64,000 bases of DNA from Scyliorhinus canicula. Taxonomy: Eukaryota. Each line of letters opens with the position of its first letter. Positions within the stretch are counted from its first letter, which is position 1. The stretch is taken from the NCBI RefSeq assembly GCF_902713615.1, contig NC_052149.1, forward strand, positions 147,909,383 to 147,973,382, read 5' to 3'. A model generated the notes under the pieces. It saw only the letters and a program-made list of their open reading frames with translations. It made no database searches and had not been told where the DNA came from. Positions 1 through 12,874 of the stretch are shown piece by piece. The translations under genes and the position numbers were made by a program.

Positions 1-270
1 GCAAACAATATGTGGCTCAACTTCCCATACACACACTCCCTGATGCATCAAACAGTTGCCCCTGCTCAAAAATCATAATTCTTTAATGGTATGGCCATTG
101 AGGTTCTCAGTCTTGTTCTGTAATGGACAGAATGTGGCCATCTAGACTTCTGGTTCCTTTTTTTCCCTTGCCATTACCTGTTGCTGCTACCTACTCATAT
201 TTAGTATACAATCCTCAATGCAATCTCCTCCAAGCCTCCTCTTAACTCCTGCAGGTAGGATGTCAGCATT

Positions 271-421
271 GTAAGGTAAGGTACGTAAAGTCGCCATAGT
301 CCCAGATGACCATAGGCTGCTTTCCCCTTTGAGGGGTAGAGCTGACAGGTGGTGATTTGACTTGAAGATTACAACACCTCAGGAGTGGGACAAGGTTGAG
401 AAGTCGGGCCTTCGTGAATAA
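271..421 (-). mobile_element. tRNA-derived SINE, 3' part (5'-truncated)
   Basis: Matches the more complete copy at 4276-4490 (gatttAacctgaagattac..cacctcagg..caaggttgagaag..gggccttc.tgaata); ends in a (CTTAC)n tail on the minus strand. Confidence 0.7.
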
Positions 422-2613
422 GCATTGGCATTGTAACCTATGGGTGAATTGCAGAAAGAACTCCAATCCTGTACAACTTTAAAATCTTCCTTGAAGAGAC
501 ATTAGTAGGGTCTTCCCTCAGAATCTGGCCTGCTCCTCCGTGACATTTTCCAGACATTAAGTGCATATGTTGGTGTTTTTGCAGTCATGGTAACTGAGTA
601 GAACCCGGAAGGAAGTCTAGGGACATCATCAGATGAATGGTGGCTTCACATGTCTTTTTCACAGGCAGAAATGTCAGTCCTGAAGTTATCAGCTAGCATC
701 TGCATTATTTCTATTTAGTTAATTTTGCAGACTGGAAGTTACAAAATTCATTTGAAGAGTGTGGTGGGATAATCGCTGCGAAGAAATACATACATTTCTA
801 TCCGCACAAGCTTGGAATATTTTCTTTTGAAAATCTTAAGATAAAATCCCACCAACATTGTAAAGACAATTATGCTATTGATTAGAAGTATCATCATGAA
901 AGATCACTAAATAATGTATGTAAGGACCTTTCATAGAGATAGGATTAATGACTTAATTGTTGAAAGTATTAAATTATTAAAATTATAATTACTTTTTAAA
1001 CTGATCTTTCAAAAATATATTTCCACAAATTTTACACTCTTTTAAGACATTCAAAATTCTGTTTGTCTGAGAAATCAGGATCTCCAAAGTCTTCAGTTAA
1101 GTGACCTGAACCCATAGATCCCCAACTGTTTTCCATCGCCAACTGTTCCTGCTCCCTTGTGCTTAGTCCATTCACTGCAAACACCTCTATCTCACACTGG
1201 GCCAAGCAGTTGTCTGTGGGCCTGAGAGGGTGAGAGTAAATGGAGGGCTGCAAGCTAGGGACAAATGTGTGGCCCTTTCACCGTTGCTCCTTATTTGCTC
1301 ATCACCAGGTAAAGGAATCACTGGAGGCATTTCATGGTGCACTTAACACACATAGGAATCATGCTATCATGAAGATTTCTGGTGTGGTGAACCTTTTCTT
1401 TCAGTGGTCTTTAAAATTGGGTAGGATGAGAAGGGCGGTGTTTTTGCAGTGCTGGCAACAGGGATGAGAAAGGGTGTTTGAGGTGAGGTAGTCGAAGGGA
1501 CATGTGCCAACTGTGGGGTTTGCCTCAACATTCTGTTTCTCCATCTCATGCAGCTGGGCATTGCAATACAGGCAGCATGCAAATCCTTGCCTGCATGACC
1601 CCTAAATAGTGAACTTCCAATAGAATGTTGTACTACTGCCAGAAACTTGCCAAAGTTATTACAAATTAGGCTGTCCGAAAAACTGTTAATTCTGCAACCC
1701 ACTTTCATTACAGGAGTAATGGACATAGATAATCTACCATTAGTGTTCTACTTAGGATGTTACCGAGCCAGAATATCTAAGTTTTGGATTTTGGTGATAC
1801 AGTTATCTACAAAAAATGATTGTTGTGGCTATATTATATTGTTTTCTGCTTCAGTCAAAGCTTTGGTAATTATTGTTCAGAATAGCAAAGTTTTCAAATT
1901 TGATTGTGTACAATCAGGCTTATCACAATATACTCTTGACATGTGGCAACTATCCTCCTGCTCCTTCGGTGCCATACCCTCAGAGGTTGCAAGTGAGGTC
2001 ATGATCATGCTTTGCAAGGTATTGCAGCGGTTTGCCATTGCCCTCTGCAGTATGGCCGGCCAGGAAACTTTCCACTCTTACCACCTGCCATCAGGCGTAT
2101 TGGAAGAATTTACAGGTTGATAATCAACCTGTTTGACCATGTTGCAAATCACCTTCCATGGCATGGCAACTACACTTCTTTAATATTTCAGTGGTCCACT
2201 GCTTATTATTGTATTCCTTGTGAAAGTCAAAAAGCTCAGGCCAGGTTTGGGCCACCTTTGAACATAACCAACAAACTGTGGCGGCAGTGGGGGTTACACT
2301 GCAGTTTGCCAGTTGTTAGAGGGTGGGAAACCATTCAGCTTTGTATAGCACCTGAGAGGCAAGGAGCTAATCCTGGAGGGTGATGGCATGGTGCGGCAGC
2401 AGAGTGCAGTTTTATCCTGCAGCTGAGGCAAGTATTTCTCTCCTTCTGGGTCCCTTGAGAATAAAACAAAATAGGTTTGGTGCCCTCCTGTGGAGTATCT
2501 ACCCATTGAGACCAATAACTTTAAAAGAGAAATGTGAATTTGAAGTACTTCCTGAAAGCCTGATTTCAAGTTCTACGACCTTGTATGCAACAAACTTTCT
2601 GCCTCCATCCTAA

Positions 2614-2790
2614 TTAGCTCACTGGCTAAATTGCTGGCTTTTAAAGCAGACCAAGCCGGCCAGCAGCACGGTTCGATTCCTGTACCAGCCTCCCCGGACA
2701 GGCGCCGGAATGTGGCGACTAGGGGCTTTTCACAATAACTTCATTGAAGCCTACTCGTGACAATAAGCGGTTTTCATTTCATTTCATTTC
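2614..2790 (+). mobile_element. tRNA-derived SINE with GGCGCCGGAATGTGGCGACTAGGGG tail
   Basis: A-box-like TAGCTCACTGG, B-box GTTCGATTCC (2671-2680), 3' tail shared with 8039-8350 and 14060-14180, (CATTT)n end. Confidence 0.8.
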
Positions 2791-3054
2791 AATTTAGTCC
2801 ATGTTGTTAGTTTATCTTCACACCCAAATTGTGGTTTTTTTTACCCTTTGGGGAATAGTAGGGGAAGTGGTGAAATATTTTCTAAGCTGATTACCAGCCC
2901 TTTGAATGCTTCTTCCATGGCCAACAAGTCCTTGCATTGGCCTCAAACCCGGAGCTTCTGGTCTGCGGTAGGTACACTGCTGCTGGGTCCATCATTTAAA
3001 GACATTCAGTACCTGCTTGATGGACCTGAAATCATGATGGAGGATCCTCTAAGG

Positions 3055-3518
3055 CAGGGGTAGGCAAACTACGGCCCGCGGGCCGCATGCGGCCCGCCAA
3101 AGGTCTTTATGCGGCCCACCAAGATCAAGTCATCAAAAAAAAAATTTTTTTTTTTAAATAATAATTTTTTTAAAAATAAGGTTAATGGGGGGGCTGTTGG
3201 GTTACTGGTATAGGGTGGATATGTTGACTTGAGCAGGGTGATCATTGCTCAGCACAACATCGAGGGCCGAAGGGCCTGTTCTGTGCTGTACTGTTCTATG
3301 TTCTATATGAGGCGCCCAGAATCATAACCGGGTGAAGCGCCATTTTTGAAAAGTAGAGAAAAAAAGGGCTAAAGGCAGGATGCTGCCGGGGAAACGCTGA
3401 GGTATATGCCACACGCTAATTGGTTACAACCGGGACTATTAATTAATATACTATGCGGCCCTTTAAAATTGTGAATTTCTGAATGTGGCCCTTGAACGGA
3501 AAAGTTTGCCCACCCCTG
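3055..3518. mobile_element. non-autonomous hAT (Charlie-type) DNA transposon/MITE
   Basis: TIRs CAGGGGTAGGCAAACT / AGTTTGCCCACCCCTG; perfect 8-bp TSD CTCTAAGG (3047-3054, 3519-3526); subterminal GCGGCCC repeats. Confidence 0.92.
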
Positions 3519-4275
3519 CTCTAAGGGCTGGTGCCCGGCCCTTTCTGCCAAGCTTTTGCCCCCTACTCTCCCACAATCCCCACTTGGTGACCCCCCTCCC
3601 CCCTCCCCACACTTACCTGCCATCTCTCACCGTAATCCAGCAACGATACTAAGACTTGAGGAGATGTCATATTGCCAGCAGCCCTTGATTTGGCATCAAG
3701 GTACTGAGGATCCCCTCAATTTGCAACTATGGGCTATCTATTTTTCCAGGTACGAAAATAGCTGCCACCAGCTGAAAATTGTGCAAAGTGTCTGAGAGCT
3801 GAAAAGGTCGAAGATAAACAATCTAATTGTTGTTGCAATTGAAAGGCAACCGTTTAATAGTAGAAGCAGGATGTTGTGAACTATGTAATGAATTAGCTTG
3901 AAGATTGTAGAACCAAAGCACAATTCTTAAGATAAGCTGACCTCATTGGGTTGTCATGACCTGGGAATGGTGTTCATAAGATCAATAAATAGCCTTGCTG
4001 ATTATAAGATGCTTAATGGAATGGTGCCAAATTGTCCTGGATAAGTAAAATGCTGTGTTACAATTGAGGTTCATAAGATTATTATATTTTGGCATGGTAC
4101 TTTTAAATTTACGATAAAGTGGGTCATATATCTATTGTTCTATATCTGCCTGACAGTAAGCCTATGTGGTTAGTTTGCTAAACACCAAGGGAATGCTTAG
4201 GTTGTTTTATTGAGAAGATGCAAGATATTTATGCCTGGAGACAATATCAACAGTTTCTGATGATACCAGGAGTGT

Positions 4276-4490
4276 GTAAATATTGCCACAGTTCCAGAGA
4301 ACCATCGGCTGTTATTCGTTTTGAGAGAGAACTGACTGGTGGCGATTTAACCTGAAGATTACTTCACCTCAGGTGAAGAGCAAGGTTGAGAAGGCAGGGC
4401 CTTCATGAATAATTTCAGCCGATAGAGGAATTAAACCTGCACTGTTGGCATTGCTTCACATCACTGTCCAGCCAATTGAGCTAACAGACC
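4276..4490 (-). mobile_element. tRNA-derived SINE (same family as 271-421)
   Basis: Minus strand starts TTAGCTCAATTGG (A-box-like) and GGTTTAATTCC (B-box-like); body matches 271-421. Confidence 0.7.
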
Positions 4491-4697
4491 ACCAGGGGTA
4501 TAGTGAGTCTCCCAAACTCCTAGAAAAGTGTTATAGATATCAAGCTATAAACAGTCATGCTGTAAACCATCCATTTGCTGGTAAAATGAAGGGAAGTTGG
4601 GATCACAGATAATTTATTGGCATTTCTACTTGAGATACTAAGCTAATGTGTTTCTGTTTGCAATGGATAAGTGGGAGATGGTGGTATTTTTAGATCA

Positions 4698-5329
4698 TGT
4701 TACAATCTTCTTTATGAATCCATGAATATGACAGAGAGCAGTTTTGTCTTGCGTGGTCTGCAGCCATCTGAGAGACAGAGAGCAAGAGATAGAAGAATCA
4801 GACCTGCACCTTTAGGAGGGAAAATGCTGACTCTATTGTTCACTAAGCAGAATGCTGATGGGAAATCACGCTCTGATTGAAGACTGCATTCTAGAGGATT
4901 TAAAGGAGGTTGTAAGATTTGCCTAACCTGGAGCTAGAAGAAGAAATTTACAGCATCACCTTCACAGTGAAAGACAGTTTGGGAATAGAAATCACCTAGT
5001 TGGGTAAGTGAAAAGGAGGCAAGCTATCGGGAACTGAGAATCAATTAAGACATTTAGTCTTCGAGGAAATTTCAACTTAAGGGACAGTGTAACATATAAT
5101 CATAGTGGGGAATCTCTGTTGTGCTGAAAGTTAAAAGGGGAATCTATTTTCTGTAGTTTAAAGTATAAGTTGCCGGCAAATCGAAAACCGTGTTTAGTCA
5201 AAAGTGAGTTTCAGTCATTTATTGCAGTAAAGGTTTTAAAACATGAAATATTGACATGATCTTTCAGCAAATTAACTGGAAGTTTACATTTCTCTTTCAC
5301 AATTATGTGTCTCTACGGAGAACATAACA
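4698..5329. mobile_element. putative old solo LTR
   Basis: TGTTAC...ATAACA inverted ends, no ORF; no clean TSD found. Confidence 0.3.
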
Positions 5330-6257
5330 ATAAAGTGATAAAATTCAAATATATTAATGGAGACTTAACAAATAAAGAAATTAAGATGAGATGTTACTAA
5401 ATAATAATTGATAATAAAAGTAGGAATCAGAAAATGTTATTTTGGACCTGAATTTTTATATTCCTTTATTTTGGGGATATCATTGCTGAGGAAGAGAAGG
5501 CTATTTGACTAATGTATGTTCTTGCGCTTCCCTCAAGGAATAGCAACAACGAGTTTAATATCAATTACCATCAGTTATGGTTAGTTGTCTCCTGTGACTT
5601 CACATTTGCTTTGAACTGGGACGAGATGACCTAACATTGTCTTTTTAGGACAGTAGAAAAGATACTTTCACGTCATCATTCTGAGCTGGACTGTTGAGCT
5701 ATTTTGGGAGATTCCCAGTTTATTCACCAGCTGCTTATTGGGATAAGTGCTTAATTTGTAAATGTTTCTGTTAATATACTTATACCGTGTAATCTCAAGA
5801 ATATCTACAAACATTTCTATGTTTTGTTTCACCTTTGTCTGAAGCTCAGATGCCATTCTGCCTCACAAGCGGGAATAACATGCTCAAAGTATTTTATGAA
5901 GCAGGTCACGTCAAAAAGAGAGAATGGATAAAATGTCTAATTAAATGAAAGTAAATGGAAAGCAGAAATAAAAGAACAGATCAGCAAGCCAAGGCAGCTT
6001 TGTTATCATGGGAACATTGACTAAGGTCCCCTAATTGGAACATGAGAAGAAATAAGACAGAGCTGGTGTCCCAGTTCACAAAAGAATAAAGGGACATCTC
6101 TAACATGAATCATTCGGAAATCAAGGCCAGTGTAAAATATGCTGTGTTGTATTGCCGCAGTTGCACCAGTGAAAAAAACTTCACCAGTACCAAAACAAGT
6201 AATGCCAGGAAATATTAGCCTGAAATCTGAGCAAAGCATTTTGCTTGCTATCCCTTT

Positions 6258-6580
6258 CATAGAATCATAGAATTCCTACAGTGCAGAAGAAGACCATTTG
6301 GCCAATTGTGTCTACACCGACCATCTGAAAGAGCACCCTACATAGGCCCACACCCCTGCCTTACCCGCGTAACCCCACCTAACCGTTGGACATGTTGGGG
6401 CAATTTAGCATGGTCAATCCAACTAACCTGCACATTTATGAACTGTGGGAGGAAACAGGAGCTCCCGGAAGAAACCCAAGCAGTCACCGGCAGATGTATA
6501 AACTCTACACAGACAGTTACACAAGGGTGGAATCAAACCCGGGTCCCTGGGCGAGGCAGCAATGCTAACCACGGTGTAAT
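6258..6580 (-). mobile_element. HE1-type V-SINE
   Basis: V-core (TGTGGGAGGAAAC.GGAGC.CCCGGA.GAAACCCA), tRNA-like head, CR1/HER1-type tail with (CATAGAAT)n. Confidence 0.85.
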
Positions 6581-6957
6581 GGTGGTTGCTTTTAGTTGAT
6601 TGCTATAAGTTAATGATTGGTCCAGCAAATTTTGGTTACTTTTATATTATAGATGGGGTATAAAAATAGTTCCAAATAGAGAATAGGGATTCGATTTCCC
6701 CATGGTGATGTGGGACCAATACATGTCCAGCAGGAAAATAAAATAGCTGGTTGGGACCAGATTCCAGGATTTCTGTCCCCATTCTTGGCACCGGCAATTT
6801 TGATTACAGCTAGATATCTGACACTGCTTTGATGCTCCATTTTGGAAGTGGGCATTTCTGGTCCTCATAAATTTAATGGAGTTAGGCCAACCTTTTACAC
6901 CAGCTCAAAGCTGTCATGAACCATTATGGAATTCTTGTTTCAAGTCGGGAACCATGT

Positions 6958-7633
6958 GGGGCGCGATTCTCTGCAAATGCGGCGAGTCGTAAAGGCTGCC
7001 GTGAAACTGGCCGTGTTTCACCCGATTCTCCCCCCCGGACGGGGCTAGCAGCGCGGCCCCGTGAAGCACGGCATTGCGGGCTTAGCGACCGTCGCTAAGC
7101 CCGCGCGCCAAGCGTCACGGCGGCTGACGCGCACGATGACGTCACCCGCGCATGCGCGGATGACATCATTGCGCATATGTGTCAAACCCGCGCATGCGCG
7201 GGCCGTCATGCCCCTCAGCCGCCCCGCGGACTGATCCTGCGGGGCGGCGGAGGAACAAATAGTGCACGGGTATCGGACCCGCTGCCCATGATCGGTGCCC
7301 ACCAATCGCGGGCCCATGCCACCCTTGGCACGGCCTTGGTGCGGCCATGCCAATCAGTGCCATGGTTGTCCGGGACGGCACTTTGCGGTCGTTTTCATGA
7401 ACGGTGAGAGCAGGTGTGTTTGCGTTCGTGAAAACGGCCATAAAGGCCTGGGAACTCGGCCCATCGGCCAGGGGAGAATCGCTGTTCGCCGTAAAAAATG
7501 GCGAGCAGCGATTCGTGTCGTGGGGCGGCCGTGGGGGGGGGGGGGGGGGAGAATAGCGGGAGGTCGGGAAAAGTGTCAGGAAGGCCCTCCCGCTATTCTC
7601 CGACCCGTCGTGGGCAGCGGAGAATCGCGCCCC
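6958..7633. mobile_element. GC-rich Harbinger/PIF-type MITE
   Basis: Perfect 14-bp TIR GGGGCGCGATTCTC / GAGAATCGCGCCCC; CpG-rich; related in opposite orientation to 61707-62402. Confidence 0.8.
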
Positions 7634-8038
7634 ATATATTAAATTCAAAAGGTATTCCCAATTTTGCATGCCATTATAAAATGCTGTATGATATTTCTGT
7701 TTTTATTGCAGTGATTTATGGTAGATTTTTGTTTTAAAATGATAAGTGACTATTAAATTGGAAAACTGGAAAAGTCTTCAGATACATTAGAGCACATTAT
7801 TCTTAATAAAATGCTCTTCTACATTCCATGGTAATGAAATTTCCCTATATTTTCTTGTCATTGAATTTTAGCTGAGCCATCTGTTTTGCTCTTTAAGAAC
7901 TTGAAAAGGTGGGTAATCTTCTGGCTAACTTCAAACAGTTTAATGTATTCAGTTCTGAAGGTTTTGTTGACACTGTTGTACAATGGAATATCATTATGAA
8001 TGATTGCTTAAGTTCTAAACATACTAATGAACTCAGAA

Positions 8039-8350
8039 GGCAACATGGTAGCACAGTGGTTAGCATTGTTGCTTCACAGCTCCAGGGTCCCAGGTTCAAT
8101 TCCCGGCTTGGGTCACTGTTTGTGTGGAGTCTGCACTTTCTCCCCGTGTCTGTGTGGGTTTCCTCCTGGTGCTCCGGTTTCCTCCCACAAGTCCTGAAAG
8201 ACGTGCTGTTAGGTAATTTGGACATTCTGAATTCTCCCTCTGTGTACCCAAACAGGTGCCGGAATGTGGTGACTCAGAGCTTTTCACAGTAACTTCATTG
8301 CAGTGTTAATGTAAGCCTAATTGTGACAATATAGATTATTATTATTATTA
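8039..8350 (+). mobile_element. SINE: HE1-like tRNA head and V-core with alternative 3' tail
   Basis: GGCAACATGGTAGCACAGTGGTTAGC head, GGTTCAATTCCC B-box, V-core, then the tail shared with 2614-2790 and (ATT)n. Confidence 0.85.
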
Positions 8351-8549
8351 TAGAGGTCAGCAGAGATTTTTTATATAGCTGTCAAGGCAACTGTGCGCTT
8401 TATTATTTTGAGATTCTATGAGTCCTTAATAGGATTATCCTTTTTATTCAAGTGTATTTTGAATAACTGTCCATTTATTTTAACAGCTTTATAAGCATTT
8501 CAAAGACTTAATGATGTTATTATAGGGCTCATGAGTTTAAACAATAATT

Positions 8550-9730
8550 TATGGATTGTGGGCATCACTGCCCATACCTAGTTGCCCTTGAGAAGGTGAT
8601 GGTGAGCTGCCTCCTTGAATTATTGCAGTCACTGAGGTGTAGGAATACCCACAGTGCTGTGAGGGAGGGAGTTCCAAGATCAAGACACAGTGACAGTGAA
8701 GGAACGGTGATATATTTTCAAATCAGAACGGTGAACGACTGGGAAGGGAACCTCCAGGTGGTAGTGTTCCAAGGTACTTTCTATCTTTGTCCTTCTAGAT
8801 CATAGAATTTACAGTGCAGAAGGAGGCCATTCAGCCCATCGAGTCTGCACCCCACTTAAGACCACGTCTCCACCCTATTCCCGTAACCTAGTAACCCCAC
8901 CTAACCTTTTTAGACACTAAGGGCAATTTATCATGGCCAATCCACCTAACCTGCACAGCTTTGGACTGTGGGAGGAAACCGGTGCACCCGAAGGAAACCG
9001 ACACACACACGGGGAGAACTTAAGAGTAGTGGTCGTGGGTTTTGAAGGTACTGCCTAAGAAACCTTGGTGAGTTCCTACAGTGCACCTTGTACATGGTCC
9101 CCACAGCTGCTACTATTCATTGGTGGGACAGGGATTGACTGTTTGTGGAAGGGATAGCAATTAAATGGGCTGCTCTGTCCTGGATGGTGTTAACCTTCTC
9201 GAATTTTGTAGGAGCTACACTCATTCACACAAGTAGAGACTGGCAGCTCTTAGATGGTGGACACGTTTTCGGGAGTCAGAAGATGATTAACTTGCCAGAG
9301 GATTCAGAATTCCTGCAGTACAGAAGGAGGCCATCAGCCCATTGAGTCTGCACCGACCATCTGAAAGAGCACCCTACCTCGGTCCGCTACCCCACTACCC
9401 CACCTAACCTTTGATCACTATGGAGCAATTTAGCAAGGCCAATCTACCAAACTTGCAAATCTTTGGACTGTGGGAGGAAACTGGAGCACCCAGAGGAAAC
9501 CCACACAGACACAGGGAGAATGTGCAAACTCCACACAAAATCACCCAAGGTCAGAACTAAACTTGGGTCACTGGCACTGTGAGGCAGCTGTGTTAACCAC
9601 TGTGCTACTGAGCTACCCTAGCCAATTCCTAGCCTTTGACTTCCTCTTGTGGCCACAGTATTCATATGGCAAGTCCAGTTCAGTTTCTGATCAATGGTAA
9701 CCCTCAGGATGTTGACAGTGAGGGATTCAG
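8550..9730 (-). mobile_element. CR1-like LINE, decayed 3' portion, interrupted by HE1 SINEs at ~8799-9020 and ~9302-9610
   Basis: Same 3' end as 29825-31575 and 55460-55590 (TTGCCCTTGAGAAGGTG.TGGTGAGC); nested V-SINE cores are visible. Confidence 0.75.
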
Positions 9731-10559
9731 CAAAAATAATGGGCTGAATTATCCGCGGGGTACTGTCAGTAGTGGAGTTATCAATGAGTTAGAGAATCCA
9801 GCATCAGGTAAAAAACGGATTGGCATCGGGCACCGATCTAGTTCTGATGCTTCGGCCCGCCTCTTGTATTAGGATCGAGGTTCGGGCTCCGCAAACAGGC
9901 CGGGGACCATATTCTCTGGCCCTGCGTGATTCTCCAGTCCTCTGGGCTGAGAATCATGTGGGCAAGAATTACTACTAGTCCTGACAAACGGGGCCCTGAC
10001 ATTGTGGTGGGCCACGGGGGTAACTCTTTAAGTTCTTTCCAATCCTTCCCTTCACTGTTGAGTGACTTGGAAGTGGTCAGCTAGAAACTGAAAGCACCTA
10101 TCTCTGTTGGAAGTGGTCCAGGAACTGTCAATCAAAGCTTTATGCTTATAAACATTGCAGTGAGACCATTTTTAAGTTACTCAACCATGAAGGGTGATGA
10201 ATGGAACAATTCCTGACAATGGGTGCCATTGGAAACTGTCAATTACACCTGAGTACATTCAATATCAAAGATAAATGAGTGAATGTCTTGCAGGTCAAAG
10301 ATCTGAGGGGGTTTAAACTCAGCTGACTGTTTTTATTCTTTCCAGGAATTTCCATGTGCTTTTTCCTGTGCCTGAGCCAGAAGGTGTATTGTCCAGGTGA
10401 GTGTTAAAGTAGTGATTTATTTTTCACTGCCTCGGTCTGGACTGCACTCTAGCTTCCTGACAGGGGTCTCTTTTCTGGGGATCTCTGGGTATTTCTTTAT
10501 GTAGGGGGTCTCTTCATATAGCTGATTATGCTACTGGCATGCATGTAGTCATGTGCTTT

Positions 10560-11965
10560 AACTTTACCAGGTTGACACCTCATTTTAAGTATTCCTGGTA
10601 TTGATCCTTGCATGCTGTCCTGCACTCTTCATTGAGCAGCATTGGTCCCTTGGCTTGGTGGTAATGGTAGAGTGGGGGATATGTCAGGTCACAAGGTTTC
10701 AGATTGTGATCGTGTATAATTCTGTTGCTCGTGATGGCCCACGACACCTCATGGATTCCCAGGCTTGAGTTGCTAGATCTGTTTCTAGACTATCCCATTT
10801 TGCATGGTGATAGTGCAACACAACACAATAGAGGGCATCCTCAATGTGGAAACAGGGCTTTGTCTCCACAAGGACTATGCGGTGGTCACTCTGATACTGT
10901 CATGGATGGATGCATCTGCAGCAGGCAGATTGGTGAGGATGAGGTCAAATATGTTTTCCCCTCTTGTCACTTCCCTCACCCTCTGCTGCAGTCCCAGTCT
11001 AGCAGCTATGTCCTTTAGGACTGGCAGCTTGGTCTATTTTGGGACTACCAAACCACTCTTTTTGATGAACATTGATGACCCAGAGTATATTCAGCACTCA
11101 TACCACCCTCAGTGCTTCCTCCAAATGGTGTTCAACATGGATGACTAATTCACCAGATGAGGGTGGATGGTAAGTGGTAATCAGCAGGAGGTTTCCTTCT
11201 CCATGTTTGACCTGGTGCCATGAGACTTTATGGGACCTGGAGTAAATGTTGAGGACTCCCAGGGAATTTCCCTCTCGACTATATTCCACCGTGCCGCCAC
11301 CTCTGCTGGGTCTTTCCTGCCAATGGGACACGGCCTATCCAGGGATGATGATCATGGTGTCTGGGACATTATCTGTAAGGCATGATTCTGTGAGTATGAC
11401 TACGCCAGGCTATTGCTTGTCTGCCTCTGAGGCAGCTGTCCCTATTCTTGCACAAACCCCCAATATTATTAAGGAGGACTTTGCAGGCTTAACTGAGCTG
11501 AGCTTGAATCGAAAGAATTACTACAGTGCAGAAGGAGGGCATTCCGTCCATCTGAAAGAGTACTCATTAGGCCCACTTCCCCCTCCTGTCCCCAGTCCAT
11601 CTAACCTGCACACCATTGGACTATGGGAGGAAATGGGAGCACCTGGAGGAAACCCACGCAGACACAGAAGAACGTGCAAACTCCACATATGCAGTCACCC
11701 AAGGCCGAAATTGAACCCGGGTCCCAGACACTGTGATGCAGCAGTGCTAACCACTGTGCCATTATTGTTTGAATTTCTCATTTCATTCAAGGTGGTACGT
11801 TCATTACTTTTTATTTCCTTTATAGCGATTGAATACAACGGAGTTGTTTGCTGGGCCACTTCAGAGAGCATTTAAGAATCAAGCACATTGATGTGGGCAT
11901 GGAGTCACATGTAAGGCAGACCAGGTAAGGACAGCATGGTTTCTTTCCAAAAAGGACATTAGTTT
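10560..11965 (-). mobile_element. CR1-like LINE: APE endonuclease remnant and upstream region, with nested HE1 SINE ~11505-11760
   Basis: ORF 11098-11331 (-) RPSRGGGTVEY...VSWHQVKHGEGNLLLITTYHPPS is an APE-type endonuclease segment. Confidence 0.75.
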
Positions 11966-12530
11966 TAAACACAGTGAATATTGGGTGATTATATATGCAA
12001 AGATGAGGGGGTGTAATTGGGATTTTAGAGGTGAGGATATATGGAGGGGGTATTGAGGTGATTGGGATATGGGGGTAAGGGGTTTGGAGGGGAATGAGTG
12101 TTGAGGAAGTAGGAGGTGGGTGAAATTTAGTGAGTTTCAAACTCATCGCCACATCTCATAAATGTCCCAATGAATGGAGGCAAGCATTTTAACCTTCCTG
12201 CCTTGGCATCTGGCTGCCTCCGTCTCTGCCTCGTGCCTACTTCCAGAGACAGCGACCCTGACGCTCTGCCACCTACCATGCTATAGCATGGCTTGGCACT
12301 GCGAGGCAGGGGTCACAATTGCAATGTTGGAAAAAGATTCGACTCCCAATTCCCACAATCAGGATGTAAAGTTTTCAAGAGATCTGAGAGAAAAAGACAG
12401 GTGCAGGAAGTGCAGGCACTTGTTACCCTGGCTTTTACCCAAAGCATAAACAGGATAATATTACCCTTAATTATACCTTGTAAACTACCGCTCAGATGCA
12501 ATGATCTGTCAAGTCTTGCATATGCTGAAT

Positions 12531-12820
12531 TGTGGTGAATGTAACATGGTAATTCACACTGTATCTTTGTAAGCGCAGTAGCGTTATCCGACTACTAGGG
12601 GGAGTAGCTCTGGGAATGCTCAGGAATTTGTACAGGGCTCCACCCTTGGCTCCGACCACGACTCCTCCACCTTGTGCTGCTGTATAAATACCCTTGTTAA
12701 GAATCAGCCTGTAGTTCACCGAGAGTTCATCAACGGGTAACAGGCTGGCTCTGTAGTAAGTAGATTAAAACCACTGTTCATATCTGAAAGCACGTGTCTG
12801 GTGAATTGATAGTTCCATCA
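12531..12820 (+). mobile_element. solo LTR (Gypsy-like)
   Basis: TG...CA ends, 5-bp TSD TGAAT (12526-12530, 12821-12825), TATAAATA and ATTAAA in LTR order; ends resemble the LTRs at 20147 and 24617. Confidence 0.85.
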
Positions 12821-12874
12821 TGAATATAATTAATGCCATCAATAAAGTCAACCTAAAATTCTTAGCTATTAAGA

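Noticed and set aside
1647-2383. 157-aa and 123-aa ORFs in apparently unique sequence
   Set aside because: Non-ATG starts, no recognisable motif, no convincing splice boundaries.
10346-10396. 51-nt exon-like segment with strong acceptor and GTGAGT donor (+)
   Set aside because: It lies in a degenerate Harbinger-like region (about 9741-10520), similar donor motifs occur in related elements, and there is no partner exon.
11246-11875. 209-aa ORF (+)
   Set aside because: Chimeric read-through of antisense LINE and SINE sequence.
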